Of a stretch of 64,000 nucleotides of DNA, positions 17,201-31,457 are shown one piece after another. The DNA lies in the NCBI GenBank assembly GCA_001949185.1, contig BDGG01000004.1, forward strand, positions 2,670,912 through 2,734,911, written 5' to 3'. The DNA is from Ramazzottius varieornatus (taxonomy: Eukaryota; Animalia; Tardigrada). The notes beneath the pieces were generated by a model. The model was not told where the DNA came from, searched no databases, and worked only from the letters and a program-made list of their open reading frames with translations. Position numbers and translations under genes: made by a program. Within the stretch, counting starts at the first letter, position 1. Each line of letters opens with the position of its first letter.

Positions 17201-20200
17201 ATCGAGAAGGAGGATTATGTCGCTGTTTATTTTTGTAAGTACAGAAGTTAATGTAGCGAAATTTTCTGAGATTTGTGCAACGTTTCTCTTATGTCTAGAC
17301 GATGCCGATGACGAGAAGAGTGCCACGATCTTGAAGGAGCTGGAGAACATCGATGACGATGCGGCGTCATTTGGGATCGACTTCGTGAAGTCCAGTGATA
17401 CCCACTTTGCCCGACGCTTTGGTGCAAAGCAGTTCCCCGCGATCGTGTTTTACCGTAATGGTCAAGCACAAGTGTACAAAGGCAATCTGATGGATGAAGA
17501 AAAGTTGCTGGAGTGGCTGACCGACTTGGACACTATGGAATCAGCGGACTCGATCGAGGACCTCAACGCACCACTCTTCAAGAAAGTCATTAAAGAACAG
17601 GAACACGTCGCAGCTTTATTTTGTGAGTTATCGACTGTCAAAAGCAACCCTAATGAGTTTGAGTTTACAATTTGTTTCTGCAAAGCAAACAAACGGTAGT
17701 TAGTTTGGAGGCCGGCAAACGAAACACACAAGATCGTTATGTCAAGCGGCGAACGCCTCCAGCTAATAACCACAGAAGCATGCGCCACTGAAGACGATGA
17801 TCTCCTACGCTCTGTTGCCGGCTTCTCAGTTTTGCAATTGTTATACGGTGGACTTTTTCCCATGTTGTAGACAATGAAAATGCCAAGTCATCGTTCGAGA
17901 AAGTCATGGCTGAACTGGAAACAATTGACGATGAGGCCCATGCCGCCGACATCGACTTTGTCAAGATCAAGGACGAAAAGTTGGCCAAGAGCTACGGTGT
18001 TCACGCGCTTCCGGCAATAGTCTACTTCAAGCAAGGGGACCCGACCATCTATACCGGCGACTTACGAAAGGGCTCGTCTGTACTGGCATGGCTGCTGCAA
18101 CAGAAGAACCCCGATGCGGAAGACGTCATCGAAGAGATCAAAGGAGCCGAGCTGGAGAAACTAATTGACACATCACCTAGCGTGGCTGTCTTCTTCTACA
18201 ACGCTGACTCCAAAGAATCTCAAAGTGCGCTGAATGACTTGGAGAACATCGATGATGAAACCGACTCGTTGGGCGTATCCTTTGTAAAGACCTCTGATAC
18301 CAAAATTGCTCGAGATTATGGCGTCAAACATTTCCCTGCTCTCATCTACTTCGAAGAGGGTCAGCCAAGCATCTACGACGGGAACCTTAAGGAGGAAGAA
18401 GAGGTGCTGGTATGGTTAACTCACCAGAAGAACGAGGATACCATCGAGAACGTCAACAAGGAAATTCTGGAGAAGAAGATCGAGGACTCGGAGTACTTAG
18501 CCGTTTTCTTTTGTAAGTGGGAATCAAATCCCATCCATATGCATTGTTATTGCAGCTCGCACATACTCGATTGTATAATTGGTTTACAGATAAGCCTAAT
18601 TGTAAAGAGTGCGACGCTATCTTGGAAGTCTTGGAGAGCATCGATGATGACCTGGACGCATACGGTGTGGACATTGTGCGAATACACGACATGAACCTTT
18701 CGAAGCGCTATGGGATAAAGGACGTTCCCGCGCTCCTGTACTTCCGAAACGGAAACCCCCTCATGTTCACAGGTAGGTGTCGCGGTGATCTCATAACTGT
18801 CAACATAACGTCGTATGATGAAGCAAGCTGCATATCTGGAGAGCTCAATTTTATACAGGTTCGATGAAAAAGACCGACAGTGTTCTGTCTTGGCTGACTG
18901 ACGACGGTAGGAGCAGACTGTTTCAGGGAAAGTTAAAGTATATATGTGGCTGTGGTGAACAACTTCTGTACTCCTCTGTGTACAGACAACAGAGAAATCG
19001 CTGGTGAAATCGAGCTCGTTAACGGCCGTCTGTTCAAACGAGTCCTGGAAGAGAATGACTATGTATTGGCTCTGTTCTGTAAGTTATCTCTTGCGGCTTC
19101 AAGGAAAGCGGTTCCAGTCGACTTGCTGTACGTGAGTTTACTAATTTATTATGCTTTCCGCAGACGAAGAACACAACAAAGAGTGCGAGAAAGTTCTTCA
19201 CGAACTTGAAAACATCGATGACGAATGTGACACCCTCGGTAATCTTTTACCATTTTTCAGCCCTCCGTCGCTGTCAATTAACCTTCCTCCGTGCGCAGGT
19301 ATTGACTTCGTGAAAATCAAGGACGAGGACGTAGCGCGAAAATACAAAATCTTCGAAGTTCCCAGCCTGGTATATTTCCGTAAACAGCATCCGATCGTGT
19401 ACGACGGTAAGAGCATACCTCCGTCTCAGTAACCTTCGCTTCCTGGTGCCTTAATCAGAACGACATCCGATTCTTACAACTGTGGTTACTGTTAATTGAT
19501 TCGTACTATAGGCGACATCGAAGACGAGGAGGCGGTTCTCAAATGGCTAACCAGCGACGAGACCATGCACATTGATGGGGAAATCGAGGAAGTCACCCGG
19601 AAGATGCTGGAAAAAATCCTCGACGACAAGGATTACGTTGCAGTGTTCTTTTGTAAGAGTCAACAGCAGTCCTTATACGGAAACTGGAAGTTGTGCTGAT
19701 ATTTTCTTCATTCGTAGACGAGAAGGGAGATGAGAAGTGCGAGGAAGTTCTGAGCGAACTGGAGAACATTGACGAGGAGGCGCACGATCTGAAGATCAGC
19801 TTCGTCAAAATCTCCGATACTCGGCTGGCGAAGAAGTACGGCGTGAAGGAGCTACCGGCACTCGTTTATTTCCGCAAGAAGTATCCAGCCATTTACCGAG
19901 GTTTGTTAGAGCATTGTCTAGAAAAGCTACCACTCCGTATCTTGTTCCGCACCAGCACTAGTGATAACGAAGAAAATGACGATGAGCCGGAAGACGATGG
20001 CGACGGCGACCTATAACTGCTATGCATGACCTATTCTAATTTACAACACAGAAAAGGAAGATCTATTTTGATACTCGCTCGGGTTAGCATAACCGCACGT
20101 CCTTAATGATTTACTCAAAATCTGCATGCTCAATAACCACAAGTGCAGCTAACTTCTGTACTGTAACTCAATCGTGGAATTGCTCATGTGATACTGTAAA

Positions 20201-20578
20201 CATTAAATTTCACAATTAACACGACCGACAGCTAGCTTGATCAGTCTCCGTGGCTAGAACTGAGCGCTTGCGTGGTGTTACGGTGAAATTTTAATGACGC
20301 TGTAGGTCAGGCAAGTGTCTGGGCGGGACATGGTGCGAAGTGGGACCGTTTGTGCCTTTGCGGACAGTTGAAGCACGGCTTCGAACACGTAATGAAATCT
20401 TGTAGGAACCCTGACGGAAGAGAAGCAGGTTTTGGACTGGCTAAGGAAAAACCGGTACAAGCATCCGGAGCTCAGTTTTTTCATGTACGGCATTGGAGCG
20501 ATAACTGCTGCATTTATTTTATACACAATTTTTTTCATGGTTTTCCTCAAAGACAAAAAGCAAGAAAAGAGAGAGTAG
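14296..20578 (+). CDS. secretory-pathway protein with 12 acidic thioredoxin-like repeats (Drosophila l(2)01289-like); alternative acidic (ends 20016) or transmembrane (ends 20578) C-terminus
   Basis: N-terminal signal peptide. 12 repeats of VAVxF...LxELENIDD...IxFVK...YGV...PALVYFR...YxGDL...VLxWL, with CxxC in 3 repeats. A distal exon 20406-20578 encodes GTLTEEKQVLDWLRKNRYKHPELSFFMYGIGAITAAFILYTIFFMVFLKDKKQEKRE*. Confidence 0.88.
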
Positions 20579-20988
20579 TTTTTGAAATGCACCGCAGGCA
20601 TGTCGAAAAAACAGCAATAATTTGTTTTTATATGGCAAGCATACGTTTGTATAGGCGAGTTGTTTGGTCGTTTTGTACTTTCACAAAATATCAATTTATT
20701 AATCATTGATTATCAGCTGCATAAACAATCTGCAGGGCGGATACCGCACGCGGAAGTACTCGGTACAGAGCGACATTATTTACAGGTATAGCAAAGATAG
20801 TCATTCGATTGATCGACTATTTTACCGAAGAAACTACAACTGAATAGATTTCCGTAAGAAAAACAAATGTGGTTAAGAAAACGGTAAAACAAGTATGAAC
20901 TGTAATGGTAAAACCGAAAGAGGAATATAGTCAGTGGAAACCAACAATCTGACGGCGGGGGAGAAGCCTAGACGTCTTCTGGTGGGAG

Positions 20989-23721
20989 TTAATAACTCTG
21001 GAAGCTGAAAACAGGCAAAATGGACAACGGGATCAGTACACCTTTGACTAGAAACGCACTTACCGCCGCGCCTTTTGCACTTCCGGCTGCGAGAAACGAA
21101 GGTGATCGAGCGATATTCTGCAATGCCAAGAGACACGTTAGATAGTTCAGAAACTGCACGAGGTACGTCATGAGAAATTGAAACGAGGAAGCCTCACTCC
21201 AGAAGAATCTTGGCTGGGTAAGGTTCTTTGCGTGAAACCTTCTCTGCGATATGGATGTCAACCTTCATCTCCTTCCCGACACCCACAACTTTGGTTATCT
21301 CACCACACTCGTCACTCTTAGCTCCCATAAAAGTGACTTGATGGTGTGGTGTCACAATGTCTTCTAGTCGTACGATATCTGCATCCTTCATTCCAGCCCT
21401 GTCACCATCGTACCATTCCACGCTCGTCCTGTCAGAGTTCGACTTTCGACAAGCCCGAACCTTACCAAAGTAGTAGTTGCCGTCATCTTTCCATTTCGCG
21501 AAAACCGAAGTACCTAGAATAAACACGCAAGTCGTCACCATAACCGTCTGATTAAAGTATTCAGATGAAAGAGAAGATTGATACCTATTCGGACCTTCGA
21601 CCTGGCATCACGGGACATTTTTTTCTTCTTCTCCTTCTTATTTCTTTCATAATCTTCTGTGACATCCATACCGTCATCTGATACGATTAAGCCTTCAGGG
21701 AACCTCTACCCTCTGACGAGATTGAGCTTTGTTAGTCTTCGTCTGCAGAACTTTCGTTGCCATCATCAGAGCTGGTCGCAGCATCGTCCTCCTCGTCCGC
21801 TGATTCGTCTTCTTCCTCAATGTCGACCAACGGGTTCTTCCTTTTCGACGACCGAGTCTCTGCTCCTTTCGGGCTGGCGTTCGCGGAGGTAACGGCATTC
21901 GACACTACAAGAAAACTAGATATGCACAAACAAAACTACGTCCCCAACAGTTTCACAAGCCATCGCGGCACCATTACCGTCCTCGACCTTATTCCACCAG
22001 TAACGAGTACTGGAAATGTCCCACGTACCTCCGTGAGCTCTCTTGACACCTCGAGCTTCTTCCGTAGCGGCAACTTTTGGCGATTCGACTTCGAGAGCCG
22101 ATGTACTGGCCCTTACAGGATTACGCGCTCGTGACTGCGACAAAGGCTTTGGAAGGTCACTCACAACGGTGTGACGAGGTTGGTTCTGCAATTTCGCGTT
22201 CTCCTTCTTTGGCGTACTGGACTTGTGTGTAAGAATCACAACGGGCTGAAACACAGAAACGGTGTACTGGTCACGCTTTACGAGGTCGACAGTTGTGTCT
22301 ACTCAACCCTATCAGGAAGCCTACCTCCGAAATTTCAACTCGCTGAGCAGTGTAGGATATTGTGTTGTACTCAGTTCTCTTAGCCAAGACAGTCACGGTG
22401 AGGCGTCGATCCATCTGCAACTTTGTTTCGAGTAGCGCCTTCTGCTCATCCTGCGTACGCTCCACCGCATGTCCATCCTCATCGTTGATGAGAAGATTAC
22501 CCGCATCAAAGTTCGGTACCAGTTTCTCGAGCATCTTGTCCGGCAGGTACATCTCAAGAACAAATCCATGCCTGTCCACTACGTCGACCTACTAAACAGC
22601 ATAATTACATACTCTCGATTCAGCAACCAGTTCTGGACAAAGAAGCATGTGATATATAGGGAGCCTCTGAGCAAAACGCGGAAGACTATACTCACATGAA
22701 CTTTGAAGAACAGATGACGCTGGAGTACTTCTCGGGGAATGCGATGTTTCGCCCGTGGGTTCTCGCATTGTCTAACACCCTCATCCAGCTTCTTCTCGCA
22801 CTCTGGACATCCCTCATACACATAGCCATCGTCTCGCGGATGGACCGCTCGAATTCTGCACTCGGTAACGTTAAACCATTTACCTTTGCCATTAACCGCC
22901 AGTCGCTCACACCTCTGTGCCACAGTACGCAAACTGTCCAGGTACGCATCTGGAAAAAGATTTCCGTACCACGTAACTGAGTATTTGTTCAAGGAGTATA
23001 CCAACGATATATACCATACCGTTGCGAAACATTCTGTGGTGGTCCTCGTCGTCCTCGAAGTAATACTCTTCAAGATGAAGTCTTGATCTCCGTAGTCGTT
23101 TTCGGAGTGATAATCTTGATCTTCCAAAACAATTTCATAAGGCGAAGGAACTAATGTCGACTGACCAGCTGAAGCTAAACCTATATTACTGAATACAACC
23201 ACCGATAAGATGTTTAAGAGTGACCACACAGAGAGCTGTGGATGAAACCTGACACCGTGGGTGCAGCTCCATAATGGGCCATCGTTTCAATGGATCGAAT
23301 CGGAGTGGGCGGAAAGGAACTGAACTTACTCTTCGCAGCGGAGAATTGGGTGCTGGTTTGAGGATTCGACTCCACTGGATGTTCTGGCGGAGATACCTCT
23401 TTCGCGTCGGATGGCTTTGAAGCTGCTTCGACGACGATAGGCAGTACCTTCGTTTCCATGGTTTCCGCTTCATCAACAGCTGCATTCAACCAAGTTTCGG
23501 CCATCTCTTCTTCTTCCACCCGATCGGCAATCCGTATCAGCTCAAGATTTTGGTCAGCGTCGGATGAAAGCCTGCAAATAATTTTAGACAGTTAATCTCT
23601 AGTGCAGTCACGTTCAACATTACGAGCAATATGATAACGCTGCTTTTCATACAGACTGTACGTACTCATCGGTTTCATCGTCCGCAACGTCCATGACTGA
23701 CCCGCTCGCTGAATGACCCAT
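20989..23721 (-). pseudogene. disrupted multi-exon gene: acidic N-terminus, RPA70-C-like Zn-ribbon OB fold, disordered linker, 53BP1-like tandem Tudor
   Basis: OB/Zn segment YEGCPECEKKLDEGVRQCENPRAKH...LFFKVHVDVVDRHG. Tudor segment GTSVFAKWKDDGNYYFGKV...VEWYDGD...DIVRLEDIVTPHHQVT...ISLDHLRFSQPEVQKAR. Splice sites are canonical, but there is an in-frame TAA at 21732-21734 and apparent frameshifts near 21700 and 23060-23130. It could instead be two genes or contain assembly errors. Confidence 0.55.
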
Positions 23722-25266
23722 ACTCGATACGGCAATGCTCTCTTTTCAAAATCAGGGGATGACCCGAACGAGGTCGGGACATGAAGCGACTGCTTCGCGT
23801 TGGTCCAAAAATGTCTTGTGCAGAATGAGTACGATAATTCATCCGCCGAGGGCAGCGATACTGCACCATAGTCCATCCGTAGAAGTAGCCGCTGACATGG
23901 CTAGTGGTCAAACTCTTGCTCCAGCCAGCAAGCTTTAGAGGATGATGAGAAAACAAGGGGATCCCAGGACCCAGTGTCGGCGAGGAAATCTGGACATAAA
24001 GCATTTCCGGTCAGATTGTAATGTCATGCAGCATTTCGCGTTTTCACAGAGAAACTTCATCACATTCACACCTGTTGGCAAGCCACAGGGGTAAGATATC
24101 CTGATAATTGCGGGTTTGCGTAATGGGCTCGATGTTCGGCACTGGGTATTTCAGCCTTGGCCACACCCGCGCCCACCTGTGACGTCACAGGTTCATCCTG
24201 ACTGGTCGGTTTCAGAATTCGCCAAAATATCTAAAAATGCTCCCGCGTGCTTCATTTGACATGGTGATCACGAAAAGAACAGGATCAGGTTGATCAAATC
24301 ATGATGAAAAATAGTCGCACAAAATATTTGACCCGAAACAGAGTACTTGGTTCTGTGTTTTCCCGAACAGTTCCCTTGCCGGATGTTTGGGTTCACAGTG
24401 AGAAACACAGCAAAGAACGCTCTGGTACATATGGGCAGAAACCCCTTCTGTACTCACCCAGGATCTCTTGCATAGAATCTATCGAGGTATATACTGACTC
24501 ATCGAGAAATGGCTGATGACGGGGATAACGAGGAGATGTATGAAAGGAATCTTGAAAGAGCAAAGGCAGTCGGCCACTTCTGACAGGTTGTGGTCTTTGA
24601 CATGACACCTCACCATATAACATGGCCTGACCTGACATTCCGTTTTTGCCGCATCGGAGTATGAACGACAGGCAGTTTTACGGAAAGGTGCAGAGAGTCA
24701 AAACTCAGCGAAAAAGTTGTAATATCATGCCTGCGTCAGAGATTTGCGAACCGTTGGAAGCCGCATTACTTGATTGCAAACTTCTCGCCTTTGACTTCTG
24801 TCGCCGACGCGTAAGCACGAATGGGGAAGAAGTCGTGAAACATGGTGGACAGCACGGCCGAAGTATTGTAGACGTGAATTCATCCGACTGGAAAGGAGAA
24901 TTTATCCCGCTTTGAGTTCTGACATATTTAAAATTTTAGACACTCACATTTGGATTAAGCCAATCACGGAGGCAGGGTGAAGCCGGTCCCGACCAAATGT
25001 GGGCACTGAAGAGTGCAAGTGTGATCGGTTGATTGACTTTTCGCACGCTGTCAGGTACTGTGGACCGGTCGAGTGCGTACGTGCTTCCTCTAGTTCCGTA
25101 CCGCCGTAAAGAAAAGGCCTGTCCCATAATTTTCATCATACGTGGTGCGTGTACACTGCACAGTAATTTTAGTCCGTCTTATTGGGTGTCGTTGTAAGCT
25201 CATCCTGAAATATCTGACGTCGATTTATCTGGATTCCGTGCCAAGATTCCTCACCAGTAATAAGGA

Positions 25267-29317
<4,051 letters not shown>

Positions 29318-29688
29318 GAACGCCGCATGGTTAAAGGAAGTAAGCGACCCAACAAAAGGGTCATTTCTTCATTAGATATTTGTCTCCGATACGTTCGTTT
29401 TCTCTGTGACAAGTTGGGAACCAAAAGCATCGAAGTTGAATAGTTCGTGCACGTCCGGTATTTGATTTTATCGCAAATGAAAATTCCTGCTGTAATTAGA
29501 TTTTAGTTTTAGGTCATGCACTTGATTCAGAACGAAAATTTTGTTTTAATTTGACATTTATTTTACGATGAAAATTTGGTCATGTTTTGTTTCCATATCG
29601 TGAAATTTCTTGTTTTCAGTAGCTCGTCATGACATCTACCAAAATTACTTGTTCACTTAGTAGTTCATTTCCGTAACGTCATCCCTCA

Positions 29689-29909
29689 GGGTGTGGTAAG
29701 CAGACGCATCTGGCTGTAGGGTCTACTTCCGGGTTGCTGATCCTACGGGTCGGCAGATCGCTCTGACGTAGCGGCCACTTGCGAGTCATAGGAGTGAGGA
29801 TAGGATTTGATTGTGCAAATTAGGAGCTTCGCTACTGGCTGTTGGTTTTCTCTAGTGGGTAACTTCCATACGGAAAGTTCACGAGATGGTAATACTTTGC
29901 AGGCTTTTT
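29689..29909 (+). ncRNA. candidate structured non-coding RNA (unassigned)
   Basis: Long hairpin 29701-29765, with CTGTAGGGTC/GATCCTACGG fully paired including G-U, plus ATCTG/CAGAT and CAGA/TCTG. G-rich 5' start and a T5 run at 29905-29909. No ORF. Confidence 0.25.
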
Positions 29910-30043
29910 AATGCCCTGTTCCGTTGACGCCTACGTTGTTTGACTTTTGGGATGAATATAAGAGGGGGAAGCGCGTCCGTAACGGCTTTTCGTTTTCGTT
30001 TTGGAGGATCGAGGTACCGTTTCGGTTTAGTGAGTGACAGATC

Positions 30044-30804
30044 ATGGGGGAGATTGTTGATCTACGGTTGTCACTGTGCTTCGTTGCTGCCGTGTTCCGT
30101 TTTGTCAGTACGGGAGAAGCAATGTGGGTTTCTTTTGACCGCTTTGCGGACCTGTCTATAAGTTCAGCTCAACTCGGTGGATCGGGTGGGTTCGCCGAGT
30201 GGAACGTGCTGAAAGCGGAAGTAATGAAGATGGAGAACTCAGTAGCTGAGAGTGCCCACCTAATTTCTAGAAGGGCGAAGAAGAAAGGTGATCCCGAATC
30301 GAACACCCTCGATTCTTCAGTTCCCGGCGGGAGAATTGGTGAGTGTGTCAGTCCTTGGGGCTTTGAGACTTGGAAAGAACGAAAATAACCATGAGGGAGA
30401 CTAGTATCTGATTTTCTTGCAGAATGCCCTAGCAGCGGGGACGCCCTCATGCGGGCGGTATGTCCAACCGTTGACCGACGCGGACGGTGAGAAATTTGGC
30501 ATTGTTCCGTTCTCATATTTATATCTGTGACTATGTCGAGACTGTCAGGTACCGATGCATCGACGCTTCGATGCTGTGTAATGCGCAGAAGGAATGCCCG
30601 AATGGCGAGGATGAAGACCTAACCATGTGCATGTTCTATAAACTGGTTCGTTATTCGTGCAATATCGGCAAACGAATTTAATAAGCTCGTCTTGACCGCT
30701 CAGGCGTTTAGAAAACTACTATAACCTCTCTTTTTCTTGCGTAGACTGTTCACTACGTCGGAAAATATGGACAGACCATCACACGATGGGTTTTGCCAGC
30801 GTAG
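30044..30804 (+). CDS. jeb: Jelly belly/HEN-1-like secreted LDLa-domain protein (putative ALK ligand), 4 exons, about 170 aa
   Basis: Signal-peptide-like N-terminus. The spliced C-terminus ECPSSGDALMRAVCPTVDRRGRYRCIDASMLCNAQKECPNGEDEDLTMCMFYKLTVHYVGKYGQTITRWVLPA* matches the Jeb C-terminal pattern (CP...CPT.DR.GRYRCID...LC....CP.GEDED...CMFYK...RW) as recalled. Confidence 0.75.
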
Positions 30805-31457
30805 CCCGTGACAGACGCCTGGGAACCTCTCTACCATCAAGGAGCGCATCAATGTACACCCGCGTGGGTCCGCTGGTTTTTAAGGTCTTTAGTCAAGGTA
30901 TGCATGATATAACGTATGACCCAAGAAAGCGTCTGCTGGAGTGAAAACATGACAAAGAGAACTCGTGTTCGTTCGTCCTGTCACACTCCATGTAAGTCTG
31001 TACATGTAGAAGCGTTACTTACGATGGTTATGAATAGAAGCATGCTGGGATCGCGCTCGATATACCGCAGTGCTCTATCCTGTCACTCCCAAAAAGGCGT
31101 TCGACTGGTCTGTGAGGTTCTTTGACACTTTCTTTTAACATCCTAAAGTAGCTCAAATCATGCCTCGCTGTTGTACTCAAGGCCAACGAAAGCGGAAACC
31201 TTTTAACGCTAATCGCACACAAAGCTTCCCGAGCTATCGATATATTCTTATGCTAAGAGATCGCTTACCTAAAACCGGAAGTCAGCTTGTTCACCCAACA
31301 AATTCTCGGAGCCAAATCCGTCTTATGAAAGTGAGAAGTGAGAGCTCCCTGGTGGCACTTTAGCAGTACCTGTCGAAACTGATTTCCGCTAATTTTGCTC
31401 AAACGCGTAACTTCCATGCCGGATAGCCATTAAAAGTTAAAAGTCCAAAAAAGTCAG

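Noticed and set aside
14296-20016. Recurrent near-identical DNA words (GAGAACATCGACGA...) resembling a spaced repeat or CRISPR array
   Set aside because: They are codons of the ELENIDD motif in the thioredoxin-like protein repeats of a eukaryotic gene.
20350-20709. ORF-track entries 20350-20709 (+) and 20278-20706 (-)
   Set aside because: They are shadow frames over the real transmembrane terminal exon (20406-20578), which is in another frame.
31276-31284. ETS-like CCGGAAGT motifs upstream of several genes (also near 42117)
   Set aside because: Short motif that also occurs inside coding and intronic DNA here; function cannot be supported from sequence alone.
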